DNA of 64,000 nucleotides from Escherichia coli (GTDB taxonomy: Bacteria > Pseudomonadota > Gammaproteobacteria > Enterobacterales > Enterobacteriaceae). Made by a program: the position numbers and the translations under genes. The notes beneath the pieces were generated by a model. That model had not been told where the DNA came from and ran no database searches. It worked only from the letters and a program-made list of their open reading frames with translations. Shown here piece after piece: positions 40,506 through 52,018 of the stretch (within the stretch, counting starts at the first letter, position 1; each line of letters opens with the position of its first letter). The DNA lies in NCBI RefSeq assembly GCF_003334355.1, contig NZ_QOWP01000001.1. The stretch is one strand, 5' to 3'.

Positions 40506-40521
40506 AGACATCCAGACGTAT
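40506..40521. promoter_or_regulatory. Tandem MetJ boxes upstream of metC
   Basis: agacatcc agacgtat, two adjacent 8-bp units close to the AGACGTCT met-box consensus, 19 bp upstream of the metC ATG. Confidence 0.5.
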
Positions 40522-40539
40522 AAAAACAGGAATCCCGAC

Positions 40540-41727
40540 ATGGCGGACAAAAAGCTTGATACTCAACTGGTGAATGCAGGACGCAGCAAAAAATACACTC
40601 TTGGCGCGGTAAATAGCGTGATTCAGCGCGCTTCTTCGCTGGTATTTGAGAGTATGGAAGCCAAAAAGCACGCGACGCGCAATCGCGCCAATGGCGAGTT
40701 GTTCTATGGACGGCGCGGAACGTTAACCCATTTTTCCTTACAACAAGCGATGTGTGAACTGGAAGGTGGCGCAGGCTGCGCGCTATTTCCCTGCGGGGCG
40801 GCAGCGGTTGCTAATTCGATTCTTGCTTTTGTCGAACAGGGCGATCATGTGTTGATGACCAACACCGCCTATGAACCGAGTCAGGATTTCTGTAGCAAAA
40901 TCCTCAGCAAACTGGGCGTAACGACATCGTGGTTTGATCCGCTGATTGGTGCCGATATCGTTAAGCATCTGCAGCCAAACACTAAAATCGTGTTTCTGGA
41001 ATCGCCAGGCTCCATCACCATGGAAGTCCACGACGTTCCGGCGATTGTTGCCGCCGTACGCAGTGTGGTGCCGGATGCCATCATTATGATCGACAACACC
41101 TGGGCAGCCGGTGTGCTGTTTAAGGCGCTGGATTTTGGCATCGATGTTTCTATTCAAGCCGCCACCAAATATCTGGTTGGGCATTCAGATGCGATGATTG
41201 GCACTGCCGTGTGCAATGCCCGTTGCTGGGAGCAGCTACGGGAAAACGCCTATCTGATGGGCCAGATGGTCGATGCCGATACCGCCTATATAACCAGCCG
41301 TGGCCTGCGCACATTAGGTGTGCGTTTGCGTCAACATCATGAAAGCAGTCTGAAAGTGGCTGAATGGCTGGCAGAACATCCGCAAGTTGCGCGAGTTAAC
41401 CACCCTGCTCTGCCTGGCAGTAAAGGACACGAATTCTGGAAACGAGACTTTACAGGTAGCAGCGGGCTATTTTCCTTTGTGCTTAAGAAAAAACTCAGTA
41501 ATGAAGAGCTGGCGAACTATCTGGATAACTTCAGTTTATTCAGCATGGCCTACTCGTGGGGCGGGTATGAATCGTTGATCCTGGCGAATCAACCAGAACA
41601 TATCGCCGCCATTCGCCCACAAGGCGAGATCGATTTTAGCGGGACCTTGATTCGCCTGCATATTGGTCTGGAAGATGTCGACGATCTGATTGCCGATCTG
41701 GACGCCGGTTTTGCGCGAATTGTATAA
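40540..41727 (+). CDS. metC: Cystathionine beta-lyase
   Basis: ATG at 40540 gives [37 protein letters not shown]..., 395 aa; track extension trimmed. Confidence 0.95.
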   Translation: MADKKLDTQLVNAGRSKKYTLGAVNSVIQRASSLVFESMEAKKHATRNRANGELFYGRRGTLTHFSLQQAMCELEGGAGCALFPCGAAAVANSILAFVEQGDHVLMTNTAYEPSQDFCSKILSKLGVTTSWFDPLIGADIVKHLQPNTKIVFLESPGSITMEVHDVPAIVAAVRSVVPDAIIMIDNTWAAGVLFKALDFGIDVSIQAATKYLVGHSDAMIGTAVCNARCWEQLRENAYLMGQMVDADTAYITSRGLRTLGVRLRQHHESSLKVAEWLAEHPQVARVNHPALPGSKGHEFWKRDFTGSSGLFSFVLKKKLSNEELANYLDNFSLFSMAYSWGGYESLILANQPEHIAAIRPQGEIDFSGTLIRLHIGLEDVDDLIADLDAGFARIV

Positions 41728-41866
41728 CATTGCCACTTTTGGACAATTTTGCAGACATTTAATTGTGAAAAGTCTTAAATTGTTGCGTCCGGGATCAAGG
41801 CGTCCCGGACGAATCAGGAGTACAATAGGCAGATAAAGGCTTAAACGCTGTTCCACAGGAAAGTCC

Positions 41867-42526
41867 ATGGCTGTTATTCAAGATATCATCGCTGCGCTCT
41901 GGCAACACGACTTTGCCGCGCTGGCGGATCCTCATATTGTTAGCGTTGTTTACTTTGTCATGTTTGCCACGCTGTTTTTAGAAAACGGCCTGCTGCCCGC
42001 CTCATTTTTGCCAGGCGACAGCTTGTTGATACTGGCAGGAGCATTGATTGCCCAGGGGGTTATGGATTTTCTGCCTACGATTGCGATTCTGACCGCCGCA
42101 GCAAGTCTGGGCTGCTGGCTAAGTTATATTCAGGGGCGCTGGTTAGGGAATACCAAAACGGTGAAAGGCTGGCTGGCACAGCTTCCTGCTAAATATCACC
42201 AGCGCGCCACCTGCATGTTTGACCGCCACGGTCTGCTGGCGCTGCTGGCTGGACGTTTTCTTGCATTTGTCCGTACGCTGCTGCCAACCATGGCGGGAAT
42301 TTCCGGTCTGCCAAACCGCCGTTTCCAGTTTTTCAACTGGTTAAGCGGATTGCTGTGGGTCAGCGTGGTAACCAGTTTCGGCTATGCCTTAAGTATGATT
42401 CCGTTCGTTAAACGCCATGAAGATCAGGTAATGACGTTCCTGATGATCCTGCCAATTGCCTTGTTAACCGCTGGCTTGTTAGGCACGCTGTTTGTGGTGA
42501 TTAAAAAAAAATACTGTAACGCCTGA
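41867..42526 (+). CDS. yghB: DedA-family inner membrane protein
   Basis: 219-aa [47 protein letters not shown]. Confidence 0.92.
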
Positions 42527-42565
42527 CGATTTTCCCTGTTCCCGGTTGCTGTACCGGGAACGTAT

Positions 42566-43522
42566 TTAATTCCCCTGCATCGCCCGCATTCTTGCCGCAT
42601 CTTCCCCCGGCGTCACACCGAAGTAACGTTTAAACTCACGGCTAAATTGCGATGCGCTTTCATAGCCGACGCGCATCGCTGCTGCGCTGGCCTTCATGCC
42701 GTCATGGATGATCATCATCCGCGCCTTATGCAGACGGTAATTCTTCAAATACTGCAACGGCGAGGTACTGGTGACAGACTTAAAATTATGGTGGAACGCC
42801 GATACGCTCATGTTGGCTTCTGCCGCCAGTTGCTCGACGCTCAGGTTTTCGGTGTATTTATTCTCAATCCGTTTCAGCACGCGGCTAATCAGACTGAAGT
42901 GAGTCTGGCGACTGACCAGCGCCAGTAACGCGCCGCCGCAAGGTCCGGTCAGCACGTAGTACAGAATTTCGCGGATGATCTGTTTGCCGAGAATACGCGC
43001 ATCCAGTGGTCGCTCCATCACGTCGAGTAACCGCTCCGCCGCGCATAAAATCTCTTCTGATAACGTGGCGGAGTTAATCCCGCTGGCTGCCATCGACGGC
43101 TGGAAATGCTCATCTTCGCCAATGTCCATCAACAGTTCCTGTAACTGCAAAATATCGACATTGAGACGCAACCCTGCCAGCGGCACCTCTGACGTGGCAT
43201 AGGTTTCGCACTCAAACGGCAACGGCACCGTCAGCAGCAGGTATTCATTGGCATCATAACGAAACACGCGTTCATTGATATAACCGATTTTATGCCCGGA
43301 AAAGAGAATTATGATGCCAGGCTCGTACATCACCGGTGTACGTGCGAAAGGCGTCTCGCCATACAACAAACGCACATCGGGCAACAGTTCTGACAAACTA
43401 TTTTCTTTATTTTTCAGTTTATTAACTTTATCCGCCAGCAAGCGGCAAATCTCTTCACGTTTCATATCGCGTAATTTCTTAGGAATAATGCGGCAATTTG
43501 ATTGTGCGCAATTTTGTAGCAT
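42566..43522 (-). CDS. yqhC: AraC-family transcriptional activator of yqhD-dkgA
   Basis: ATG at 43520-43522 gives [25 protein letters not shown]..., 318 aa; C-terminal AraC HTH ([21 protein letters not shown]). Confidence 0.9.
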   Translation of the reverse strand: MLQNCAQSNCRIIPKKLRDMKREEICRLLADKVNKLKNKENSLSELLPDVRLLYGETPFARTPVMYEPGIIILFSGHKIGYINERVFRYDANEYLLLTVPLPFECETYATSEVPLAGLRLNVDILQLQELLMDIGEDEHFQPSMAASGINSATLSEEILCAAERLLDVMERPLDARILGKQIIREILYYVLTGPCGGALLALVSRQTHFSLISRVLKRIENKYTENLSVEQLAAEANMSVSAFHHNFKSVTSTSPLQYLKNYRLHKARMMIIHDGMKASAAAMRVGYESASQFSREFKRYFGVTPGEDAARMRAMQGN

Positions 43523-43658
43523 TTCTCCAGCACTCTGGAGAAATAGGCAAGACATTGGCAGAAATGAGCATTGAGAGCCAGGGCGCTGGCGATCACAATG
43601 AAAAACATCAGGCAGATCGTTCTCTGCCCTCATATTGGCCCAGCAAAGGGAGCAAGTA
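43523..43658. promoter_or_regulatory. Divergent yqhC / yqhD promoter region
   Basis: Spacer between divergent starts; AGGGAG SD before the yqhD ATG. Confidence 0.45.
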
Positions 43659-44822
43659 ATGAACAACTTTAATCTGCACACCCCAACCCGCATTCTGTTT
43701 GGTAAAGGCGCAATCGCTGGTTTACGCGAACAAATTCCTCACGATGCTCGCGTATTGATTACCTACGGCGGCGGCAGCGTGAAAAAAACCGGCGTTCTCG
43801 ATCAAGTTCTGGATGCCCTGAAAGGCATGGACGTGCTGGAATTTGGCGGTATTGAGCCAAACCCGGCTTATGAAACGCTGATGAACGCCGTGAAACTGGT
43901 TCGCGAACAGAAAGTGACTTTCCTGCTGGCGGTTGGCGGCGGTTCTGTACTGGACGGCACCAAATTTATCGCCGCAGCGGCTAACTATCCGGAAAATATC
44001 GATCCGTGGCACATTCTGCAAACGGGCGGTAAAGAGATTAAAAGCGCCATCCCGATGGGCTGTGTGCTGACGCTGCCAGCAACCGGTTCAGAATCCAACG
44101 CAGGCGCGGTGATCTCCCGTAAAACCACAGGCGACAAGCAGGCGTTCCATTCTGCCCATGTTCAGCCGGTATTTGCCGTGCTCGATCCGGTTTATACCTA
44201 CACCCTGCCGCCGCGTCAGGTGGCTAACGGCGTAGTGGACGCCTTTGTACACACCGTGGAACAGTATGTTACCAAACCGGTTGATGCCAAAATTCAGGAC
44301 CGTTTCGCAGAAGGCATTTTGCTGACGCTAATCGAAGATGGTCCGAAAGCCCTGAAAGAGCCAGAAAACTACGATGTGCGCGCCAACGTCATGTGGGCGG
44401 CGACTCAGGCGCTGAACGGTTTGATTGGCGCTGGCGTACCGCAGGACTGGGCAACGCATATGCTGGGCCACGAACTGACTGCGATGCACGGTCTGGATCA
44501 CGCGCAAACACTGGCTATCGTCCTGCCTGCACTGTGGAATGAAAAACGCGATACCAAGCGCGCTAAGCTGCTGCAATATGCTGAACGCGTCTGGAACATC
44601 ACTGAAGGTTCCGATGATGAGCGTATTGACGCCGCGATTGCCGCAACCCGCAATTTCTTTGAGCAATTAGGCGTGCCGACCCACCTCTCCGACTACGGTC
44701 TGGACGGCAGCTCCATCCCGGCTTTGCTGAAAAAACTGGAAGAGCACGGCATGACCCAACTGGGCGAAAATCATGACATTACGTTGGATGTCAGCCGCCG
44801 TATATACGAAGCCGCCCGCTAA
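43659..44822 (+). CDS. yqhD: NADPH-dependent aldehyde reductase (iron-containing alcohol dehydrogenase family)
   Basis: ATG at 43659 gives [27 protein letters not shown]..., 387 aa. Confidence 0.95.
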   Translation: MNNFNLHTPTRILFGKGAIAGLREQIPHDARVLITYGGGSVKKTGVLDQVLDALKGMDVLEFGGIEPNPAYETLMNAVKLVREQKVTFLLAVGGGSVLDGTKFIAAAANYPENIDPWHILQTGGKEIKSAIPMGCVLTLPATGSESNAGAVISRKTTGDKQAFHSAHVQPVFAVLDPVYTYTLPPRQVANGVVDAFVHTVEQYVTKPVDAKIQDRFAEGILLTLIEDGPKALKEPENYDVRANVMWAATQALNGLIGAGVPQDWATHMLGHELTAMHGLDHAQTLAIVLPALWNEKRDTKRAKLLQYAERVWNITEGSDDERIDAAIAATRNFFEQLGVPTHLSDYGLDGSSIPALLKKLEEHGMTQLGENHDITLDVSRRIYEAAR

Positions 44823-44926
44823 GCTTTTTACGCCTCAAACTTTCGTTTTCGGGCATTTCGTCCAGACTTAAGTTCACAACACCTCACCGGAGCCTGCTCC
44901 GGTGAGTTCATATAAAGGAGGAACGT

Positions 44927-45754
44927 ATGGCTAATCCAACCGTTATTAAGCTACAGGATGGCAATGTCATGCCCCAGCTGGGACTGGGCGTCTGGCAAGC
45001 AAGTAATGAGGAAGTAATCACCGCCATTCAAAAAGCGTTAGAAGTGGGTTATCGCTCGATTGATACCGCCGCGGCCTACAAGAACGAAGAAGGTGTCGGC
45101 AAAGCCCTGAAAAATGCCTCAGTCAACAGAGAAGAACTGTTCATCACCACTAAGCTGTGGAACGACGACCACAAGCGCCCCCGCGAAGCCCTGCTCGACA
45201 GCCTGAAAAAACTCCAGCTTGATTATATCGACCTCTACTTAATGCACTGGCCCGTTCCCGCTATCGACCATTATGTCGAAGCATGGAAAGGCATGATCGA
45301 ATTGCAAAAAGAGGGATTAATCAAAAGCATCGGCGTGTGCAACTTCCAGATCCATCACCTGCAACGCCTGATTGATGAAACTGGCGTGACGCCTGTGATA
45401 AACCAGATCGAACTTCATCCGCTGATGCAACAACGCCAGCTACACGCCTGGAACGCGACACACAAAATCCAGACCGAATCCTGGAGCCCATTAGCGCAAG
45501 GAGGGAAAGGCGTTTTCGATCAGAAAGTCATTCGCGATCTGGCAGATAAATACGGCAAAACCCCGGCGCAGATTGTTATCCGCTGGCATCTGGATAGCGG
45601 CCTGGTGGTGATCCCGAAATCGGTCACACCTTCACGTATTGCCGAAAACTTTGATGTCTGGGATTTCCGTCTCGACAAAGACGAACTCGGCGAAATTGCA
45701 AAACTCGATCAGGGCAAGCGTCTCGGTCCCGATCCTGACCAGTTCGGCGGCTAA
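44927..45754 (+). CDS. dkgA: 2,5-diketo-D-gluconate / methylglyoxal reductase A (aldo-keto reductase)
   Basis: 275-aa ORF MANPTVIKLQDGNVMPQLGLGVWQASNEEV. Confidence 0.95.
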   Translation: MANPTVIKLQDGNVMPQLGLGVWQASNEEVITAIQKALEVGYRSIDTAAAYKNEEGVGKALKNASVNREELFITTKLWNDDHKRPREALLDSLKKLQLDYIDLYLMHWPVPAIDHYVEAWKGMIELQKEGLIKSIGVCNFQIHHLQRLIDETGVTPVINQIELHPLMQQRQLHAWNATHKIQTESWSPLAQGGKGVFDQKVIRDLADKYGKTPAQIVIRWHLDSGLVVIPKSVTPSRIAENFDVWDFRLDKDELGEIAKLDQGKRLGPDPDQFGG

Positions 45755-45953
45755 CATGCAAATTCTCCCGGTGGCGGTAATGTTCCGCTACCGGACTTTT
45801 CAGAAATCATTTATTCCCCTCGCGTCCCGCCCGTTGTTACTCTTCCTTGTTCAGGAATGCCAAATATAAGGACATCATCATGCAGAGCCGGAAGCTCTTA
45901 AAAGAACAACTCATCTATATCCGGGATAAACGCAACGGAGAGGTGAAAAACAG

Positions 45954-46880
45954 ATGAAAATAATACTTCTGTTTTTAGCAGCCCTGGCAAGTTTTACCGT
46001 ACACGCACAGCCCCCCTCACAGACCGTAGAACAAACAGTCCGGCATATTTATCAGAACTATAAATCAGATGCCACTGCCCCTTATTTTGGTGAAACCGGA
46101 GAGCGGGCGATAACTTCTGCGCGTATTCAACAGGCGCTTACCCTGAACGACAATCTTACGCTGCCGGGCAATATTGGCTGGCTGGATTATGATCCGGTTT
46201 GTGATTGTCAGGATTTTGGCGATCTGGTGCTAGAAAGCGTTGCGATAACCCAAACTGACGCCGATCATGCCGATGCCGTTGTGCGCTTTCGTATCTTTAA
46301 AGATGATAAAGAAAAGACCACGCAGACACTGAAAATGGTGGCGGAAAATGGTCGTTGGGTCATTGACGATATTGTCAGCAATCATGGCAGCGTCTTACAA
46401 GCAGTTAATAGCGAGAATGAAAAAACGCTGGCCGCTTTAGCTTCGTTGCAAAAAGAACAGCCGGAAGCCTTTGTTGCCGAACTCTTTGAACATATTGCTG
46501 ATTATAGCTGGCCGTGGACGTGGGTGGTTTCCGACTCTTACCGCCAGGCGGTTAATGCCTTCTATAAAACCACCTTCAAGACGGCCAATAATCCCGATGA
46601 AGATATGCAAATAGAACGGCAATTTATTTACGACAATCCGATCTGTTTTGGCGAAGAGTCGCTATTTTCACGCGTTGATGAAATTCGAGTCCTGGAGAAA
46701 ACCGCCGATTCCGCCCGCATTCATGTTCGTTTTACGCTGACCAATGGCAACAACGAAGAGCAAGAACTGGTTTTACAGCGGCGCGAAGGCAAGTGGGAAA
46801 TCGCTGATTTTATCCGCCCGAACAGCGGCAGCCTACTTAAGCAGATTGAGGCAAAAACTGCCGCCAGATTAAAGCAATGA
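45954..46880 (+). CDS. yqhG: Periplasmic protein YqhG (DUF3828)
   Basis: 308-aa ORF with signal peptide MKIILLFLAALASFTVHA. Confidence 0.88.
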   Translation: MKIILLFLAALASFTVHAQPPSQTVEQTVRHIYQNYKSDATAPYFGETGERAITSARIQQALTLNDNLTLPGNIGWLDYDPVCDCQDFGDLVLESVAITQTDADHADAVVRFRIFKDDKEKTTQTLKMVAENGRWVIDDIVSNHGSVLQAVNSENEKTLAALASLQKEQPEAFVAELFEHIADYSWPWTWVVSDSYRQAVNAFYKTTFKTANNPDEDMQIERQFIYDNPICFGEESLFSRVDEIRVLEKTADSARIHVRFTLTNGNNEEQELVLQRREGKWEIADFIRPNSGSLLKQIEAKTAARLKQ

Positions 46881-46930
46881 GCTGAATTAAATAACAATTA
46901 GCCGGAACAATAAATAAAAGGGAACACTAT

Positions 46931-47188
46931 ATGAAAACGATTTTCACCGTGGGAGCTGTTGTTCTGGCAACCTGCTTGCTCAGTGGCTGCGTCAATGAGC
47001 AAAAGGTCAATCAGCTGGCGAGCAATGTGCAAACATTAAATGCCAAAATCGCCCGGCTTGAGCAGGATATGAAAGCACTACGCCCACAAATCTATGCTGC
47101 CAAATCCGAAGCTAACAGAGCCAATACGCGTCTTGATGCTCAGGACTATTTTGATTGCCTGCGCTGCTTGCGTATGTACGCAGAATGA
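46931..47188 (+). CDS. yqhH: Lpp-like outer membrane lipoprotein
   Basis: 85 aa; signal plus lipobox LLSGC; coiled-coil [15 protein letters not shown] resembles Lpp. Confidence 0.85.
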
Positions 47189-47189
47189 T

Positions 47190-47234
47190 AAAAAAATCCC
47201 CGGTAGCGTGTCAGTTGCCGGGGATATTTTTTAA
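47190..47234. terminator. Bidirectional intrinsic terminator between yqhH and ygiQ
   Basis: Stem atccccgg ... ccggggat flanked by A7 upstream and T6 downstream. Confidence 0.6.
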
Positions 47235-49450
47235 CGTCCAACCGCCGCTTTAGGCCGTTTCTTCGCACCAGCATTCACCGGACGAGATTGCGTAGACGAC
47301 GCTTTTTTTGCCGTAGCAGGCGTCTGACGCTGGGTCGCCATCGGCGTATGTTTCGTCAACGCCGGACGGGTATTGCGGTTCTGGCGACGAGCTTCACGCA
47401 TCTCTTCAATGGTTGGCGCAGGCACTAAGCAATCGCGACGGCTACCAATCAGATGCTTTTTACCCATCGCTTCCAGCGCCTGGCGGATTAACGGCCAGTT
47501 TGCCGGATCGTGGTAACGCAACAACGCTTTATGCAAACGACGCTGCTTGTCGCCCTTCGGTACGAAGACGTCTTCACTCTTATAACCAATCTTCGCCAGC
47601 GGGTTTTTCCCGGTGTAATACATGGTGGTTGAGTTCGCCAGCGGCGATGGGTAGAAGTTCTGTACCTGGTCGAGACGGAAACGATGCTTTTTCAGCCACA
47701 GCGCCAGATTCACCATATCTTCATCACGCGTACCGGGGTGCGCGGAGATGAAATAGGGGATCAGATACTGCTCTTTACCTGCCTGTTTTGAGTAAGTATC
47801 GAACAGCTCTTTAAAGCGGTCATAGCTGCCCATGCCCGGCTTCATCATCTTCGATAACGGCCCTTCTTCGGTATGTTCCGGGGCAATCTTCAGATAACCG
47901 CCGACGTGATGGGTCGCCAGCTCTTTGATATAGCGTGGATCTTCCACGGCGATGTCATAACGTACGCCTGAGGCAATCAGGATCTTTTTAATGCCTTTCA
48001 GATCGCGAGCGCGGCGATAGAGGTTGATCGTCGGTTCGTGGTTAGTGTCCATATGCGGACAAATATCCGGGTAAACGCAGGACAAACGGCGACAAGTTTG
48101 CTCTGCGCGTGGCGATTTGCAGCGCAACATATACATGTTGGCAGTTGGCCCACCGAGATCGGAAATCACGCCCGTAAAACCTGGAACGGTGTCGCGGATC
48201 GCTTCAATCTCATTAATGATCGAATCTTCCGAACGGCTCTGAATAATGCGCCCTTCGTGCTCGGTGATAGAACAGAAAGAGCAGCCGCCAAAGCAGCCGC
48301 GCATAATGTTGACCGAGAAACGGATCATTTCGTAAGCCGGAATACGGGCATTGCCATAGGCCGGATGCGGCACGCGCTTGTACGGCAGCGCAAAGACGCT
48401 GTCCATCTCTTCGGTAGAAAGCGGAATAGCAGGCGGGTTGATCCACACATAGCGGTCGCCATGTTTTTGCATCAATGCGCGGGCGCAGCCTGGGTTAGTT
48501 TCGTGGTGCAGAATACGCGAAGCATGGGCGTACAGCACTTTATCGCCCTTCACTTTCTCGAAAGAAGGCAGCAACACGTAGGTTTTTTCCCACGGTTTCG
48601 GGCGCGGCGGCTGCACGGTTACGGCTTTGGCTTCCTGCTTTTTCGGCATCACCGGTTTGTTATCCGCACACGGCAAATCTTCGCCATACGGATGCGGTAT
48701 CGGGTCGATTTTCCCAGGAGTATCAAGACGAGTAGAATCCACGCCGCTCCAGCCTAGCAACGCCTCTTTTACGATAATCGCAGTATTACGCACATCGCGG
48801 ATTTCGCTAATTGGCTCGCCCATCGCCAGACGATGCGCCACTTCCACCAGCGGACGCTCACCGTTACCAAACATCAGCATGTCGGCTTTCGAATCCACCA
48901 GCACGGAACGGCGCACGGTATCGGACCAGTAATCATAATGCGCGGTACGGCGCAGACTAGCCTCAATACCGCCGAGGATCACCGGTACATCTTTCCACGC
49001 CTCTTTACAACGCTGGGTATAAACCAGTGTGGCGCGATCCGGGCGCTTACCCGCGACGTTATCCGGCGTGTAGGCATCGTCATGACGTAAACGGCGATCG
49101 GCGGTATAACGGTTGATCATCGAATCCATGTTGCCAGCAGTAACACCGAAAAACAGATTCGGTTTACCCAGACGCATAAAGTCGTCTTTGCTGCTCCAGT
49201 CCGGCTGGGCGATGATCCCGACGCGAAAGCCCTGCGCTTCCAGCATACGACCGCAAATCGCCATCCCGAAGCTTGGGTGATCGACATACGCGTCGCCAGT
49301 AACCAAAATGATGTCGCAGCTATCCCAGCCAAGTTGATCCATCTCTTCACGAGACATCGGCAAAAACGGTGCCGGTCCAAAACAGGCGGCCCAGTACTGC
49401 GGCCAGGAGAACAGGTCGCGATCCGGTTGGATCAGGGAGATAGAGCTCAT
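47231..49450 (-). CDS. ygiQ: Radical SAM superfamily protein (UPF0313)
   Basis: 739-aa [40 protein letters not shown]; CxxxCxxC in [17 protein letters not shown]. Confidence 0.93.
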   Translation of the reverse strand: MSSISLIQPDRDLFSWPQYWAACFGPAPFLPMSREEMDQLGWDSCDIILVTGDAYVDHPSFGMAICGRMLEAQGFRVGIIAQPDWSSKDDFMRLGKPNLFFGVTAGNMDSMINRYTADRRLRHDDAYTPDNVAGKRPDRATLVYTQRCKEAWKDVPVILGGIEASLRRTAHYDYWSDTVRRSVLVDSKADMLMFGNGERPLVEVAHRLAMGEPISEIRDVRNTAIIVKEALLGWSGVDSTRLDTPGKIDPIPHPYGEDLPCADNKPVMPKKQEAKAVTVQPPRPKPWEKTYVLLPSFEKVKGDKVLYAHASRILHHETNPGCARALMQKHGDRYVWINPPAIPLSTEEMDSVFALPYKRVPHPAYGNARIPAYEMIRFSVNIMRGCFGGCSFCSITEHEGRIIQSRSEDSIINEIEAIRDTVPGFTGVISDLGGPTANMYMLRCKSPRAEQTCRRLSCVYPDICPHMDTNHEPTINLYRRARDLKGIKKILIASGVRYDIAVEDPRYIKELATHHVGGYLKIAPEHTEEGPLSKMMKPGMGSYDRFKELFDTYSKQAGKEQYLIPYFISAHPGTRDEDMVNLALWLKKHRFRLDQVQNFYPSPLANSTTMYYTGKNPLAKIGYKSEDVFVPKGDKQRRLHKALLRYHDPANWPLIRQALEAMGKKHLIGSRRDCLVPAPTIEEMREARRQNRNTRPALTKHTPMATQRQTPATAKKASSTQSRPVNAGAKKRPKAAVGR

Positions 49451-49560
49451 TTTGCTTCCAGAAATGATAAAAAAATAATCAAAGGCCGGGGATTATAAGC
49501 CGGAACGAAAGAGAAATCGAAAGGTATTCCATACTCGCCCTCCTCGGGCGAGTATGAAGA

Positions 49561-50973
49561 TTACGGTACCGGATTGACCAACAGTTGCCCAATCGAGCCA
49601 CGGTCCGCCATTTCCAGCGTCTGACTGTTGAAGTAGAACGGGAAGTGCGCCCAGGAAGGCTGACCGAAATAAACAAGCAGCTCCACTTGTCCGTCAACCC
49701 AAACGGTATCTTTCCAGCCTCTGTCTTCCGGGAACGGCATCGCGCCATTCACGTTACGGATCTGGAACATTACGCCTTCAATATGGAACGCTTGCGGCTC
49801 GTCCGCGCGTACCGTCCAGCGTTCCCACGTTCCTTGCTGCGCGGTGACATCAATACGGTTGACGTCCCACAGCTGTCCATTAATACCCGGGTCATCACCC
49901 AGACTGATATCGCGACTGCGAATTGGCGAACCAGCCATGATTTCAGTTGGCAGCAAGCGCATCGGAAGACTGTCTGTGACCAGCGGCAGAAGGCCGGTTG
50001 GGCGCAGCGTTAGCACCAGGGTAGAAACCAGAATACTGGATGGCTCAAAGAAGCCACGAATACGATCAACAATGCTCGCCGCTTCGCCACAGGTGATCGA
50101 CACTTCATCGCCGTTGCTCATATCCACCAGAATCTCGCGGCGCTCGCCCGGTGCCAGCGAAAGTTGCTTCACCGATACAGGAGCAGGCAGGAATCCCTGA
50201 TCGCCAGAAATCACATGTAACGGGCGACCATCGTTCATCTGTAGTTGATAGCGACGAGAGTTCGACGCGTTCAGCAGTCGCAAGCGCACCCAGCCACGCG
50301 AGACTTCAACGTACGGGCTTTGTACACCGTTAACCAGCAGCGTATCACCAACAAAGCCGCCGCTTCCCGGTTCGTTGTATTCTGGCGTACCAAAGTTATC
50401 CAGCCGTTTATCCTGGATAATGACCGGAAAATCATCCACACCATAATGGTTGGGGATAGGCAGCGACTTGCTGACTTCATCTTCCACCAGCCACATTCCG
50501 GCAAGGCCGTTATAGACCTGCTGAGCCGTGCGGTTGGGAGTATTGGCGTGATACCACAGAGTAGCTGCGTTCTGGCGAATGGGCAGTACGGGTGCCCAGT
50601 CAGCGTTTGGCGACATCATCCGTGCCGGACCGCCCATCAGCGGGCCTGGTACCTGTAGCCCGGCCACCGTCATTGAGACATTTTCTGTCAGGCGGTTGCT
50701 GTAAATAAGCTTAACATCGTCGCCCTTCCAGACGCGGATAGTCGGCCCCAGGTAACGACCATTGATTCCCCAGACCGACGCGCGTGTCCCTGGCGTAAAT
50801 GACCAGTGCGCACGTTGTACAGTCATAAACAGCGGTTGCCCACGGCGAGATTCAAGTAGCGGCGGAACGGGTAGCGGTTGCTGTTGCCCGGCTGCGCTGG
50901 CCTTCAGGGGAACAGCGCCTGCACAAAGTGCAATCCCCGATGCCTGAATGAACTGACGCCGACTGAGTGACAT
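49561..50973 (-). CDS. ftsP: Cell division protein FtsP (SufI), multicopper-oxidase fold, Tat substrate
   Basis: 470 aa; twin-arginine signal MSLSRRQFIQASGIALCAGAVPLKASA. Confidence 0.95.
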   Translation of the reverse strand: MSLSRRQFIQASGIALCAGAVPLKASAAGQQQPLPVPPLLESRRGQPLFMTVQRAHWSFTPGTRASVWGINGRYLGPTIRVWKGDDVKLIYSNRLTENVSMTVAGLQVPGPLMGGPARMMSPNADWAPVLPIRQNAATLWYHANTPNRTAQQVYNGLAGMWLVEDEVSKSLPIPNHYGVDDFPVIIQDKRLDNFGTPEYNEPGSGGFVGDTLLVNGVQSPYVEVSRGWVRLRLLNASNSRRYQLQMNDGRPLHVISGDQGFLPAPVSVKQLSLAPGERREILVDMSNGDEVSITCGEAASIVDRIRGFFEPSSILVSTLVLTLRPTGLLPLVTDSLPMRLLPTEIMAGSPIRSRDISLGDDPGINGQLWDVNRIDVTAQQGTWERWTVRADEPQAFHIEGVMFQIRNVNGAMPFPEDRGWKDTVWVDGQVELLVYFGQPSWAHFPFYFNSQTLEMADRGSIGQLLVNPVP

Positions 50974-51047
50974 ATTTGCTCCATGTAAAACTGGCTAAAG
51001 TAATACCGTGCAGGAAAGTGTTCCCCGCAAAAATACAGATTGCCGAC

Positions 51048-51785
51048 TTAAACTTTTCCGGCGGCTTCGCGTTCTGCGACTTCTTTATCGAGCTCGGCGA
51101 TTTTTTGTTCCATTATCGAACGACAATGGGCAGCCAGCTCACGAACCTGATCTTTGCCATACTGACTGACGTCAATTGGCGGCAGCATTTCGACAATCAC
51201 CAGACCGTTGTGCAGTCGATTAAGATTAATCTTATTCGAAGTTGTAGAGACGCACACGGGAATAATCGGGACGCCCGCCGCAATTGCCGCGTGAAATGCT
51301 CCAGTCTTGAACGGTAGCAGGCCGCGACCACGGCTGCGGGTTCCTTCCGGGAACATCCAGATGGAAATACGGCGTTTTTTGAAATGATTCACGACTTCCG
51401 CAATGGTGCCGTGAGCTTTAGTGCGATTGTTTCTGTCGATCAATAAGTTGCCGGTTAACCAGTACAACTGCCCGAAGAAGGGGATCCACAGCAAGCTCTT
51501 TTTACCTACCGTCACCGTCGGCGGTTGCACAATGTTCGATGCTGTCACCATGTCATAGTTGTTCTGGTGGTTAGCGATATAGATAGCATTGCCGTAGCTT
51601 TCAGCATCTGCAGGTTTGCGGCACTCAACTTTCAGGCCGAACAGCGGCGCAAGACGGCCAAACATATGCCCAAAGGTGGCCACATGTTTCGGGTTACGCG
51701 GGCTGAAAAGGCAGTAAATGGAGCCGAATACACAGACTAAGATGCTGTAAATCACGGTAATAATAAGACGAAAGATATATAGCAT
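51048..51785 (-). CDS. plsC: 1-acyl-sn-glycerol-3-phosphate acyltransferase
   Basis: 245 aa; HxxxxD acyltransferase motif in IYIANHQNNYDMV; FPEGTRS motif. Confidence 0.95.
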   Translation of the reverse strand: MLYIFRLIITVIYSILVCVFGSIYCLFSPRNPKHVATFGHMFGRLAPLFGLKVECRKPADAESYGNAIYIANHQNNYDMVTASNIVQPPTVTVGKKSLLWIPFFGQLYWLTGNLLIDRNNRTKAHGTIAEVVNHFKKRRISIWMFPEGTRSRGRGLLPFKTGAFHAAIAAGVPIIPVCVSTTSNKINLNRLHNGLVIVEMLPPIDVSQYGKDQVRELAAHCRSIMEQKIAELDKEVAEREAAGKV

Positions 51786-52018
51786 AACACCCTCTGAAGG
51801 TCTGAGAGACTGGCATTGTACGTCACCTGAAATCAGGTTAGGGCATTGTTAAAAGCCGCTCTCTGGAAAAGCGTATTGTTAATCGCAACGCATGAATAAA
51901 CAACGGTTTCAAGGGAATTTTTATCGTTTCCGGGGGTTGAATACGCTGCCGGATGACGACTTAACGTTTCATCCGGCGTTCCTTGCAAGCGGGAGGAAAC
52001 AGCGCCCTCCCCGGCATA

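Noticed and set aside
48038-48757. 239-aa ORF antisense to ygiQ
   Set aside because: Shadow ORF inside the radical-SAM gene; no supporting features.
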